A stretch of 64,000 bases of DNA from Syntrophorhabdaceae bacterium (GCA_963666485.2 CAXXUO010000003.1:370958-434957); one strand, 5' to 3'; shown: positions 10,159 through 19,919, numbered from the stretch's first letter. Translations and numbers: made by a program. Notes: a model not told the origin generated them from the letters alone.

Positions 10159-10219
10159 TGGTCAAATATGTTGTAACTTGATGAATTATTTGAATTAATT
10201 CCAGAAACGGTCTGCGCTG

Positions 10220-10465
10220 TCAGGTTTCGACAGGAATATAGTCCCGGCCGTCATACGTGTATATGCCGGCTGTCTGGACATCTCCAAGGAATCCTGCGAC
10301 TTCTTCGAGATCCCCTTCCAGCGCTATAGACATCCCGCAGTCTGAACTGAGATTCCGCGGGACAGGGATCAATTCATTCGCCACGGAATGCCCCTTGAGG
10401 AGTTTTTCAGCACGAAGGACATCATGGATCGAATGAAAAAGGAGGAGTAATTTATGTGCCGGCAA
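10220..10465 (-). CDS. DUF3343-like Se/S carrier protein
   Basis: FHSIHDVLRAEKLL...LIPVPRNLSSDCG; coupled to the desulfurase gene. Confidence 0.85.
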   Translation of the reverse strand: MPAHKLLLLFHSIHDVLRAEKLLKGHSVANELIPVPRNLSSDCGMSIALEGDLEEVAGFLGDVQTAGIYTYDGRDYIPVET

Positions 10466-11591
10466 TTTCTCTTACCGCCTCGACGAACGCGTCTATGTCC
10501 GCCTCGCCTGTAAAATACCCCGGGGATGCCCGCAGGGCGCCTTCGGGAAACGTCCCGATAGCCTGGTGGGCCACGGGCGAGCAATGAAGCCCGATCCTGA
10601 CGTACATGGACCTGCGGTTGAGCTCATACCCGGCATCCGAGGGGAGCCTGCCCTTTATGTTGAAGGCCACAACGGCCAGATATGCTCCCTGATCATCTCC
10701 CCGGTGGCCATAAACATCGACGCGGGGGACCCCTCTCAGGCCGCTCGCCAACCGCGTGCCGAGCGACTTTTTCTTTTCTTCGATCGTAGCCAGGCCTTCT
10801 TTTTCGATGAATGTAAGGCCTCCAAGCAACGACGCTATCCCCGGTGTATTGGGCGTACCGCACTCATATTTATCGGGCAGGAACGAGGGATGTTCTATGG
10901 ATTCGGACCGGCTGCCCGTACCCCCGAACTTGAGCGGAACGAGGTCAATGCCGTCCCGTACATACACTGCCCCGACTCCCTGGACCGCAAAGAGCGATTT
11001 GTGGCATGAAAAACAGAGAATGTCCGCTCCGGCCTCTTCCATATTGACCGGGATCGACCCTATGGTCTGGCAGGCATCGACGATGAGGCGCGTCCTGCCA
11101 ATGACCTTCCTTATTTCGGACAGGGGCTGCACGGCGCCGGTAACGTTGGACCCGTGATTAATGACCACCGCTTTTGTCTCTGCGGTAACAGTCCTGCCGA
11201 GCTGCGCAAGATCGACAAATCCCTCGGTAGAGCACGGCACAGAATCGTACGTAATTCCCCTGGTCTGACGGAGGAATTCAAGGGGCCTCATGACAGAATT
11301 GTGTTCCATTGAGGTAGTTACGACATGATCGCCCGGTCCGAGAAGGCCGAGGAGCGCCATGTTCAGCGATTCTGTCCCGTTCTGGGTAAAGAGCAGGCGC
11401 TCTGAATTCTTCATCCCGATAAAAGACGTCAGCTTTTCACGCGTCTCGAATATAATGCGCGCGGCTTCGAGCGACAGGGTATGTCCGCTGCGCCCGGGGT
11501 TACCGCCCACGTGTGAGACAAATTTATTCAGGTGTTCTATCGTTTCGGGGGGCTTGGGAAAAGATGTTGCAGCATTGTCAAGATATATCAT
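10452..11591 (-). CDS. Cysteine desulfurase/selenocysteine lyase family (class V PLP enzyme)
   Basis: YLDNAATS, SCHK (PLP Lys), GGTGS and RIGLHC. Confidence 0.93.
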   Translation of the reverse strand: MIYLDNAATSFPKPPETIEHLNKFVSHVGGNPGRSGHTLSLEAARIIFETREKLTSFIGMKNSERLLFTQNGTESLNMALLGLLGPGDHVVTTSMEHNSVMRPLEFLRQTRGITYDSVPCSTEGFVDLAQLGRTVTAETKAVVINHGSNVTGAVQPLSEIRKVIGRTRLIVDACQTIGSIPVNMEEAGADILCFSCHKSLFAVQGVGAVYVRDGIDLVPLKFGGTGSRSESIEHPSFLPDKYECGTPNTPGIASLLGGLTFIEKEGLATIEEKKKSLGTRLASGLRGVPRVDVYGHRGDDQGAYLAVVAFNIKGRLPSDAGYELNRRSMYVRIGLHCSPVAHQAIGTFPEGALRASPGYFTGEADIDAFVEAVREIAGT

Positions 11592-11620
11592 GGTTGGTTT
11601 TGCCCCGTGTGCCTTGAGCT

Positions 11621-12199
11621 TTAAGGCCTGATCACATTGGTTGCTTCATTGAACGAGGTCATGATTTCAAACATATTGCTGACACGGCCGACCCCGATCC
11701 TGTCCTTGAGATGAAAGTAATCCAGGCACGTGCCGCATGCAATGATCTCGATACCCAGGTCCTCGATATCTTTTAGAATGTTCAGATATTCGGAATCCAG
11801 AGCGACCAGCTTTACGCCGGAGTTGATAAAGATCAGTCTCCACGGGCGGACCTCAAGGTCTTTGATCGTGTTGAGAAATGCCCGCATCAGGATTCGGCCC
11901 AACTCCTCGCTTCCCCGGCCCATGAACTCCCCATCGATATAGACAAGCGACCTGTGTATCCCCTTTTCGGTGACGCGCACTGCGTCCTCATCCAGGCTGC
12001 CCTCTATCCTGTACGTGCCGTTATCCTCCACGACGGACGTGGAATACCCTTTCGATGCGAGAAACCGGCGTACGTTTTCACTTGCGGCGGGATCATCGAC
12101 AAGGACCTCGATCGCAGCGACCGCCTTGCTCTCGATAAGGTTCCTCGTTTCGATGACCGGCACGGGACAGGTCATACCCTTCAGGTCCAGTTTTTCCAT
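11621..12199 (-). CDS. yedF: Selenium-metabolism sulfurtransferase-like protein YedF (TusA + DsrE-like domains)
   Basis: LDLKGMTCPVPV at the N-terminus; GRGSEELGRILM and ACGTCLDYF. Confidence 0.88.
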   Translation of the reverse strand: MEKLDLKGMTCPVPVIETRNLIESKAVAAIEVLVDDPAASENVRRFLASKGYSTSVVEDNGTYRIEGSLDEDAVRVTEKGIHRSLVYIDGEFMGRGSEELGRILMRAFLNTIKDLEVRPWRLIFINSGVKLVALDSEYLNILKDIEDLGIEIIACGTCLDYFHLKDRIGVGRVSNMFEIMTSFNEATNVIRP

Positions 12200-12297
12200 C
12201 AGTTTATTCTAATGGAAAAACCGGTCAAGGGCAAGTGAATATATTGCATAGAATTAATTACAGTAATAGAAAACTTCTTTTATAGACCATCGACCTT

Positions 12298-13080
12298 TTA
12301 CTTCGAGGTCTTCAAGAGGTCTGTCAGGTCCGCGCCCGGGATGTATTTCCGGTATATCCTCTCAAACGTCCCGTCTTTCTTAAGATCGTCGAGGATGGAC
12401 TGCCATTTCCTGACGGTTTCTGCAGGCGTCCCGCGGGACATCGCAATGTAAAAATACGTATTGCTCACCGTAAAAACGGGTTCAATGTTATCCATGGTAT
12501 ACCCGGCGTTCCTGACGATCTCGGGAACGGTGATATCGGTGAAGATGGAAACCTGGGCGCTTCCGTCCATAAGCTGCCTTACATTAGCCGCGGGCAAAGG
12601 AGAACTCACGAGGTTCGTGAAGCCCCGGCCTTTGAGGTACTGTTCCGTAAACCAGTCTTTCGTCGTGGCTATCGCTTTGAGCTTCTTCGCGTCATCGAGA
12701 GTCGCCAGTTTGATGCCCGAACCTTTTTTGGCATAGAGGATGGCGCTGTTCTTCCCGACAGGTCCGACCCACTGGAACAACTCTTCCCGCTTCTGTGTCC
12801 GTTCGGTACTGAAAAGCACCACGTTGGGGTTCTTGAGGGCCGTATTATAAGCCTCATCCCAGGGCACGAGCCGGATCGTGTCCGATACTTTTTGCCGCGC
12901 CATGATCTCCCGGACGATATCCGTGACGAAGCCGGACACTGTACCGTCCTTCATGTATGTTACGGGAGGATATTCTTCCGTCAGTATCGTGAGCCGGGAT
13001 GCGTCATCGGCCCCGGCCACTGAAGTCCCCGCGAAAATTACCAGAGCAACGAACAGAAATAACCGGCTGATGTGTTTCAT
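12298..13080 (-). CDS. Periplasmic substrate-binding protein (family 3-like)
   Basis: Signal peptide; TEEYPP, VPW, RTQKREELFQWVGP and LKKDGTF. No permease gene adjacent. Confidence 0.85.
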   Translation of the reverse strand: MKHISRLFLFVALVIFAGTSVAGADDASRLTILTEEYPPVTYMKDGTVSGFVTDIVREIMARQKVSDTIRLVPWDEAYNTALKNPNVVLFSTERTQKREELFQWVGPVGKNSAILYAKKGSGIKLATLDDAKKLKAIATTKDWFTEQYLKGRGFTNLVSSPLPAANVRQLMDGSAQVSIFTDITVPEIVRNAGYTMDNIEPVFTVSNTYFYIAMSRGTPAETVRKWQSILDDLKKDGTFERIYRKYIPGADLTDLLKTSK

Positions 13081-13236
13081 AAGGCCCCTCCATGAGATTA
13101 TTGCGCATTGTCGAACGACGTCAATTTATATCAGGAGCGTCCCGGTGTGTCAATCGAAAGATGGCACCCGAGAGCCCTATTGAATCACGGTCTATGAAAT
13201 GGTACTTTATTAACGACAAAAAAATGTGAGGTCTGT

Positions 13237-14565
13237 ATGAGCGGTGTTTTCGGATTTATTGGAAGAGGCAATGCGCCCGCCGAGGTAATGACGGGACTGC
13301 AGAACCTTTCACACAGGGGCCAGGAAAGCTGGGGGATCGTTTCAAGCATGCGCGGCGGCCAGTTCGTTGAATACCGTCAGCTCGGTTCGGTCTTTCAATC
13401 CGTCTTCCCGAGCAGGCTCAATTACGGGATGACCGCCATCGGCCACGTCCGCTACCCGACCACCGGCGAAACGACGGAAAGAAACAGCCAGCCCATCGTC
13501 GGGAGCTTCAAAAAGGAACGCATCGCCGTAACACACAACGGCCACATTCCAAGGTACCGCCAGATGATGGAGGAATTCGGGAGCCTCTTCCAGACCGATA
13601 TCGATACCGAGCTCATCCTTCACATGATCGCACGCTCTCCCGGTTCGGACATGTTCGAAAAGATCGAGAATACATTGAGCATCCTGGGAGATCAATCTGC
13701 TTTCAGCTTGATCATTCTGCACAACGGGAATCTCATCGCCGCCCGCGATCCCTTTGGTTTCAGGCCGCTTTCCATAGCGCGCCGCGGGGATGAGGACGAC
13801 TGCGCATGGGCCATCGCCTCGGAAACGTGCGCATTTCACGGCGACCTCGAATGGATCGGGGACGTCGAGCCGGGACAGATGTCCATCTTTGACGGGGACA
13901 ACGTCACGACGCGGTCGTTTGCTCGGCCCAACCCCCATCCCTGTATTGTTGAGTGCCTTGACTTCGCATCGCCCGCAAGCACCGTATTCTCCACGAACTG
14001 TTATGACTTCAGGGAAAAGATAGGGCAGAAACTTGCCCAGCTCGAAACCGAGACGGCGGATGTCGTCGTGCCTATTCCGCGCGCCGCCATACCGGCCGCG
14101 TCAGGCTTTCACCATGCCACGGGAATAGGTTTCAAAATGGCCATAGTCGCCATCGGGGAGATCGGAAGGATCTTTGTCATATCAACGGAAAAGGACAGGT
14201 ACAGCCAGGCGGAAAGAAAGTTCCAGATCAATGGTGAGCTCCTCAAGGGGAAAGAGGTCTTTCTTATCGATTCTCTTCTCGTCCGCGGTTCGACGGCCCT
14301 CGTCCTGATCCCGAAATTACGGGAGGCAGGCGCCACCAAGATACACCTGCGCCTGACAGCGCCACCGCCGCGCTTCCCCTGCCTCATGGGAATGGCGATG
14401 GCGAAACCGGGCGAACTGCTTGCGAAGAACCGGACCGACGAACAACTGAAGAACCTCCTCGGGGTTGACAGCTTCCGGTACCTGTCGACAACGGATATCA
14501 AGGATGTCGCAGGTACGCGGTTCTGCGACGCCTGTTTTACGGGCAATTACCCCTTTTCCGTCTAG
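13237..14565 (+). CDS. Amidophosphoribosyltransferase (PurF)-like protein with degenerate catalytic motifs
   Basis: HRGQES, GHVRYPT, HNG, ARDPFGFRPL and Fe-S Cys (PC, PC, CDAC) present; N-terminus is MSG instead of MCG, and the PRPP loop reads IDSLLVRGST. Confidence 0.85.
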   Translation: MSGVFGFIGRGNAPAEVMTGLQNLSHRGQESWGIVSSMRGGQFVEYRQLGSVFQSVFPSRLNYGMTAIGHVRYPTTGETTERNSQPIVGSFKKERIAVTHNGHIPRYRQMMEEFGSLFQTDIDTELILHMIARSPGSDMFEKIENTLSILGDQSAFSLIILHNGNLIAARDPFGFRPLSIARRGDEDDCAWAIASETCAFHGDLEWIGDVEPGQMSIFDGDNVTTRSFARPNPHPCIVECLDFASPASTVFSTNCYDFREKIGQKLAQLETETADVVVPIPRAAIPAASGFHHATGIGFKMAIVAIGEIGRIFVISTEKDRYSQAERKFQINGELLKGKEVFLIDSLLVRGSTALVLIPKLREAGATKIHLRLTAPPPRFPCLMGMAMAKPGELLAKNRTDEQLKNLLGVDSFRYLSTTDIKDVAGTRFCDACFTGNYPFSV

Positions 14566-14873
14566 AGTATTTCCCGGAACTATCATCGACACGTCGAGCG
14601 TACCGATACCCCGGTTTCGTTAATTACAATATTGTACAAACAGGGAAGTATCCTTCCAATATGTAACATAATTGTTCGATCTCGTTATTTGCCGGGCCGG
14701 GCCATATCGTAACTGTCCATCAAAAAAAGGTGAGCGTCCCTACCCCTCGGCGTCATTCCGAACAAGGCGGGAATCCATAATAAAAACCAAACTTTGGATC
14801 AAGGTGTGGCGCACCGGGATGACGACTCATGAATTGGTGCCTGCACCCGGTGATTTCAACTGCTTACCACGAT

Positions 14874-14889
14874 TGGCACGATGGTTGCT
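14874..14889 (+). promoter_or_regulatory. Sigma54 (-24/-12) promoter
   Basis: TGGCACG-ATGG-TTGCT is an exact consensus match, ~45 nt before the ATG at 14935. Confidence 0.85.
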
Positions 14890-14934
14890 CTATCAGGGCA
14901 CGTGTGACACGAATTCTATGCCCGGAGGGATCAT

Positions 14935-15786
14935 ATGGAAATTGTTCGAATCTTCTTCATGATCATTGCAGCACTCGCATTACTTCCGTCCTTTTATGCC
15001 GCCGCCGAGGAAGCAAAGGCCCCCGAACCTTCCCCGGTGACAGGAAGCGCATCTCTGGGCGTATACAACCAGTACATATTTCGCGGCTACGAGATCGGCA
15101 AGAGCGGCCTCGTCATTCAGCCCTCACTGTCCGCATCATATAAAGGTTTTACCATGACCTTATGGGGAAACCTGGACACCAACCAACGCGACACGAAAAC
15201 CGCGACGTTCAACAAGCAATATCAGAAGGGTTGGGACGAGACGGATTTTACGTTCAGTTATACATATACCCTGAACAAGCTTTCGCTGACGGGAGGTTAC
15301 ATATACTATGGGACGAGATATGCGGACGAAACGCAGGAATTATTCATAACGGGTACGTATGACATCATTTCAAAGCCGACCCTTTCCATCTACCAGGACA
15401 TCGACAGTTATAAAGGGACATACATCAACCTGTCATTCTCACATTCGATCCCGTTCAATAAAACAGTTGCCCTCGACCTCGGCGCGTCATTTGGTTATTT
15501 CATCGGCGAAAGTAATTACTGGAGGACGTTCCAGCCGTCAACCGGCATGTATTCCGGTGCGAAATACCAGGGTTTTCACGACGGCATGCTGAAGGCCGGC
15601 CTTTCCATTGCCGTAACGAAAGCATTCCTGATCCAGCCTACCGTCCAATACTGGTTCCCGCTGACAGGGAATGCAGGCAAGGAGTACTCTACACCCCTGG
15701 GAGCGGATATAAAAGACTCATACAACCCCAATGGTCCCGTAAATAACAATTTTGTATACGGGGTTGGTTTTGTATTCAATTTTTGA
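14935..15786 (+). CDS. Outer-membrane beta-barrel protein (TorF/TIGR02001-like porin)
   Basis: Signal peptide, early YIFRG and VIQP motifs, ETDF, amphipathic strands and C-terminal Phe (VGFVFNF). Confidence 0.7.
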   Translation: MEIVRIFFMIIAALALLPSFYAAAEEAKAPEPSPVTGSASLGVYNQYIFRGYEIGKSGLVIQPSLSASYKGFTMTLWGNLDTNQRDTKTATFNKQYQKGWDETDFTFSYTYTLNKLSLTGGYIYYGTRYADETQELFITGTYDIISKPTLSIYQDIDSYKGTYINLSFSHSIPFNKTVALDLGASFGYFIGESNYWRTFQPSTGMYSGAKYQGFHDGMLKAGLSIAVTKAFLIQPTVQYWFPLTGNAGKEYSTPLGADIKDSYNPNGPVNNNFVYGVGFVFNF

Positions 15787-15858
15787 ACGGGGAACGGTCC
15801 GGTTGTACATACACGATCTGTTCATTGCGTTTATGCGGGGGAATGCTATAATAGCGTC

Positions 15859-16206
15859 ATGGTGTCATCGACAATGCCGGATATGCCCCTGTACACGTCA
15901 CCCGCGACGGGAAAGAGCATGCGCAATGAATACAGTATTTACGCTGACCGGATAGTCCTCAGGTGCCGTTTCCCCTTTCTGAGCAAGACCTTTATGATCA
16001 TGAAGGACGACATTGTCTCGATACAGACTGAAAAACCGTTCCAGGCCGTTCGCTGGACATTCAATGTCCTGAAGCTCGACCTCGCGGACCTTTTTGAGCA
16101 CGTCGCGCTCGAAAGGAAAAATGGTTTTTTCAAATACCTGAGGTTCACCCCTCAGGACCCCGGCGAATTCGTCCGCATGGCGAAAGAGGTCCTCAGGGTC
16201 CCCTAG
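15859..16206 (+). CDS. Hypothetical protein
   Basis: Fills the intergenic space; TGCTATAAT extended -10-like element just upstream. Confidence 0.55.
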   Translation: MVSSTMPDMPLYTSPATGKSMRNEYSIYADRIVLRCRFPFLSKTFMIMKDDIVSIQTEKPFQAVRWTFNVLKLDLADLFEHVALERKNGFFKYLRFTPQDPGEFVRMAKEVLRVP

Positions 16207-16343
16207 CCCGCCTCCCGCAAAATATTTGACATTTCCTGCATCGAATATGAAAATTATCTCGACGCGGTGTAATGCCGGGTACAGCGGGATTGAGCGATGC
16301 AGGGTATTTATCCCGCCATGTCACTTTCACTATTATGGCCACC

Positions 16344-17556
16344 ATGAAACTCCTATACGCAGCCTTCGACGCATATCCCGGATATAAAGGCGCCCAGGCG
16401 CACATACGGTCAAATTTGATGGCGGCGAAGGAGAACGGCTATAGTGCTACACTTTTGTGCCTCGGCGGTGAGGATATTTTTCAGGACCCGGAGACTGCCG
16501 CCGCCGTACATGCCTTCCCGGCGCCCGACGAGAATCTCCTCAAGCGCAGCGAGGCGTTCGGAAGGTTCATCCTGAGCAAGGCCGATGCGATGACCGCCGC
16601 TCCGCCCGACATCATCCATTTTCGTGATATCTGGAGCGGAATGCCCCTTCTCGGTCACAGCGTATCGAAAAAGGCCCGGACCGTCTATGAAGTGAACGGA
16701 CTGCCGTCGGTTGAGCTGCCGGGCCGTTTCCCCCGCCTTGCCCGTAATTCGTCGCTTTTGCAGCGTTTAAGGGCCATGGAAGATGAATGTCTCACGCGGT
16801 CGGACCGGGTGGTCACTATAGCCTCCCGGACAGCCCGCTACCTTTCAGGCCGCGGATGCGACCCGTCCAAGATCAGTATTATCCCGAATTCCGCCCGCCC
16901 CCCTTCCCCTGACAGCCCGGCAGAAATGACGCCGGGGTTCCCCGGGGCCGCGTTATCCCGGGAAAAGAAAGTCGTGCTGTATACGGGCACGCTCGCCGCC
17001 TGGCAGGGGGTTCCGGCCCTCGTGGGTGCAGTGAACCTCCTCAGACACCGGGATGATCTCGTTCTTCTCATTATTGCTTCCAACAGGAGAAACATTACCC
17101 GCCTCAGGAAATACACAGCGCGGTGCGGTCTCGGGATATCGGATGATCATTCATGACCGGCTGCCTCACGGGACGATCGCCTCTCTTTACAAACAGGCAT
17201 ATGCCTGCGTAGCGCCCCTTTCACGAGGTCCCCGAAATGAGCTGCAGGGCTGCTGCCCGGTCAAGATCGTTGAAGCGATGGCCAACGGGGTGCCCGTCAT
17301 CGCCTCGGACCTGCCCGTTGTCCGCGAGATCGTCGATGACGGGGTCAATGGTATCCTGGCCGTGCCCGACTCACCGAGATCACTGGCAGACGCCCTGGAG
17401 CAGTTGTTGGATGACCCGTCCCTGCGTATGAGACTTTCGGCCCGCGCGTATGAGAAGGCCGGGCGTTTTTTTACGGCACGTTTATATTCAGAGCGGCTTG
17501 GAGCAGTTTACACATCGTTGCTGGGAGGTAATGGCAATGCCGTATTCGATCGATAA
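16344..17556 (+). CDS. Glycosyltransferase family 4, split by a frameshift near 17135 (pseudogene or sequencing error)
   Basis: N-part has YAAFDAYPGYKGA, YEVNGLPS and YTGTLAAWQG (ORF to 17156); C-part has GCCPVKIVEAMANGVPVIASDLP (ORF 17053-17556). Confidence 0.85.
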
Positions 17557-18406
17557 GGGAAAGGAATTGTACAGTGCCGGTAAGCTGCACGGACAATGGT
17601 CTGCGCAGGAGGTCCTCGATATGGCGGGCTCTCTCAAGGCCTTCAGGGACTCGCTGAAGCCGAAGCTGAAGAAAACGAGGCTGAGAATAGTTATTTTCAT
17701 CATCAGTTCCGTGATCTTTGGGGTCCTTTCATTCGCATGGTCCTTTTTCTGGCTCATATTTCTCCTGGCAAGCATTGCCCTCGCCGTAATATTCATCGTA
17801 AAAGCCGTGAAATTCAACGACGACAGGTTTAACCCCGATGCAGAGTCTATTCTCACCCCTCTCTTTTCATGCATCGGTCCCGACCTTGCAAAAAATTCTT
17901 CCGTGACCTTGAGCGCATCCCTGCGGTCACCGTTCGATAAGGAGTTCCTGGTCAAGGAGGGCCAGAAGTACTCCACTTTTGCCTATCCGGAATGCATTGA
18001 CAGGTTCTATAAGCGTCCGGTGCTCAATCTTGAGTGCAGGCTCCTTGACGGGACGCGGCTCCTGGCGGGAATTGTCGAGCACTCCATGGAAAAGGTGCTG
18101 AAAAAGAAGAACCCGCGCGGCAAGTGGAAAACGAAGAAGAAATACAGAAGGAAGCTCAGTATCAGGGTAAGAATACAACTCGACCGGACCCGGACGAGTC
18201 TCACGGGACAGTTCAAGCTTCCTTCTGAGGCCCTGGCGCGTGTCCGCCATTCACCGCGCGGAGACGTTATCCTGTTGTCGCTCAGGAGGGTCGTCAAGGA
18301 TACCGCGCCGCTCAACGCGTCGGCCCTTCTCGACCTGATGGCAGGGGCATACAGGGCGGTTGCGCCTCAAACAGCTGAACAAACCCAACCCGGAGGTAAC
18401 GTATGA
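17537..18406 (+). CDS. Hypothetical membrane protein (2 TM segments, basic C-terminal domain)
   Basis: GGAGG RBS; hydrophobic hairpin near residues 50-90; Lys-rich KKKNPRGKWKTKKKYRRK; overlaps both neighbours. Confidence 0.8.
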   Translation: MPYSIDKGKELYSAGKLHGQWSAQEVLDMAGSLKAFRDSLKPKLKKTRLRIVIFIISSVIFGVLSFAWSFFWLIFLLASIALAVIFIVKAVKFNDDRFNPDAESILTPLFSCIGPDLAKNSSVTLSASLRSPFDKEFLVKEGQKYSTFAYPECIDRFYKRPVLNLECRLLDGTRLLAGIVEHSMEKVLKKKNPRGKWKTKKKYRRKLSIRVRIQLDRTRTSLTGQFKLPSEALARVRHSPRGDVILLSLRRVVKDTAPLNASALLDLMAGAYRAVAPQTAEQTQPGGNV

Positions 18407-18798
18407 GCCAGTGCGGACAAAGAATAGGGTTCCTCACATTCGCCATGTGCAGCGAGATGGCGACTGCTGCCTGTATGAGATGCGGAAAGCCCCTATGTGC
18501 CCTGCATATCCACACGACTTCCACGGGGGTCCTCTGCCCCGATTGTGCTGTCGTCGGGTGGGATGACGACGAGGTATCGAGATACGGGTATTATTCCCCT
18601 TACTACAGGTCGCATACCGACACCTATGGCCCCCGGGATTACGACACCTTTGAGGCCGGCGGGGGGGAAATGGGAGGCGGAGGCGCATCCGGTGATTGGG
18701 ACAGTGCTGATGATAGCACCGCAGGCGGCAGCTGGGACAGCGATTTTTCGGATACCGCGGGTATTGCCGCCGGCGCAGCTGCTTTTCAGGACAGTTGA
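18403..18798 (+). CDS. Small protein with B-box-like Zn finger and acidic Gly/Asp/Ser/Trp-rich tail
   Basis: C...C...CMRCGKPLCALH...CPDC, then YYSPYY, GGGEMGGGGASGDWDS, GGSWDS; GGAGG RBS; ATGA and TGATG overlaps. Confidence 0.8.
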   Translation: MSQCGQRIGFLTFAMCSEMATAACMRCGKPLCALHIHTTSTGVLCPDCAVVGWDDDEVSRYGYYSPYYRSHTDTYGPRDYDTFEAGGGEMGGGGASGDWDSADDSTAGGSWDSDFSDTAGIAAGAAAFQDS

Positions 18799-19919
18799 TG
18801 GCGCGTATCACCTGGATAACGGAACAGTTCAGCCCGGGGGGCGGCGGTATGGCGGTCTCATCGAGGCGCCTTGTGAACAGCCTTCGTGACAGAGGCCATT
18901 CCCTGAATGTCCTTCACCTGATAAAGAAACGCGATAACGGCGGTAACGACGGCTTTATTTTCGAGGACCTCGATGGCACGTGGAGTGCGATCAATGCCCA
19001 TGATGACCTGGAAAGGCTGTTCTTTCTCAAGCGCCGTGCCATGGAGGGATCCATTCTCGTCGGTTTTGGCGGCGGTATACCGGGTTACCTCGCAGCGCTT
19101 TGGGGAAAATGGCTTCAGGTCCCCGGCGTTGTCATGTTCCGCGGCAACGATCTCGACCGGTTGAGCCATGACCCGTCCCGCGGCTGGATGGTCAATTTCG
19201 CTATCGAGCGCTCGGACCTTGTGTGTGCCGTGGCCCGCGACATGGCCTCGCGCATTGAAGGCATGTCGGGAAGGCCCGCTCTGTTCACCCCGGTCGGCAT
19301 TATCCCCGGCACATGGAAGATCTTCCCGCCGGACGAGGATGCCGCCCGCCGGTTACGGGCAAAATACAGTCCCGACGGCCGCCCGCTTGTCGGGATCTTC
19401 GGGCATCTGAAATATAAAAAGGGATTGTCGGTTGTCGCTGATGTGTTCGAGAACTATGGTTTGGGCAGGCGTGCGAGACTGCTTGCCGTGGGAGAGATAC
19501 CGGGAAACGAGGGGCCCATTTCCCACGCATCGTATCCGGATTTCATGTCCGTTCATCCTTTCGTTGACAGAGAGCACCTCGTCCCCTTCTATCTTGCATG
19601 CGATATAGTCTTTATCCCTTCGTTTTATGACGGTATGCCGAACGTCCTGCTCGAGGCAATGATCTGCAGGCGCGTCGTCGTGGGAAGCCGTGCAGGGGGC
19701 ATACCCGACGTCATCACCGACGGCAGCGACGGTTTTCTGTTCGACGCGGGTGATAGTGTCGGCGCTGCCGAAGTCCTGTCCCGCGCTTTATCATTCTCCC
19801 CGGAGGCGCTGTCACGCATCGGAGATGAGGCTTACAAGACAGCATCGACGCGGTTCACGGCCGCACATGAAGCCGATATCCTGGAATCGGCCCTCCTCGG
19901 CCTTATAAGTGGCCCCTGA
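18798..19919 (+). CDS. Glycosyltransferase family 4
   Basis: PGGGGMAVS, RGNDLD and PSFYDGMPNVLLEAM..VVGSRAGGIPD. Confidence 0.9.
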   Translation: MARITWITEQFSPGGGGMAVSSRRLVNSLRDRGHSLNVLHLIKKRDNGGNDGFIFEDLDGTWSAINAHDDLERLFFLKRRAMEGSILVGFGGGIPGYLAALWGKWLQVPGVVMFRGNDLDRLSHDPSRGWMVNFAIERSDLVCAVARDMASRIEGMSGRPALFTPVGIIPGTWKIFPPDEDAARRLRAKYSPDGRPLVGIFGHLKYKKGLSVVADVFENYGLGRRARLLAVGEIPGNEGPISHASYPDFMSVHPFVDREHLVPFYLACDIVFIPSFYDGMPNVLLEAMICRRVVVGSRAGGIPDVITDGSDGFLFDAGDSVGAAEVLSRALSFSPEALSRIGDEAYKTASTRFTAAHEADILESALLGLISGP

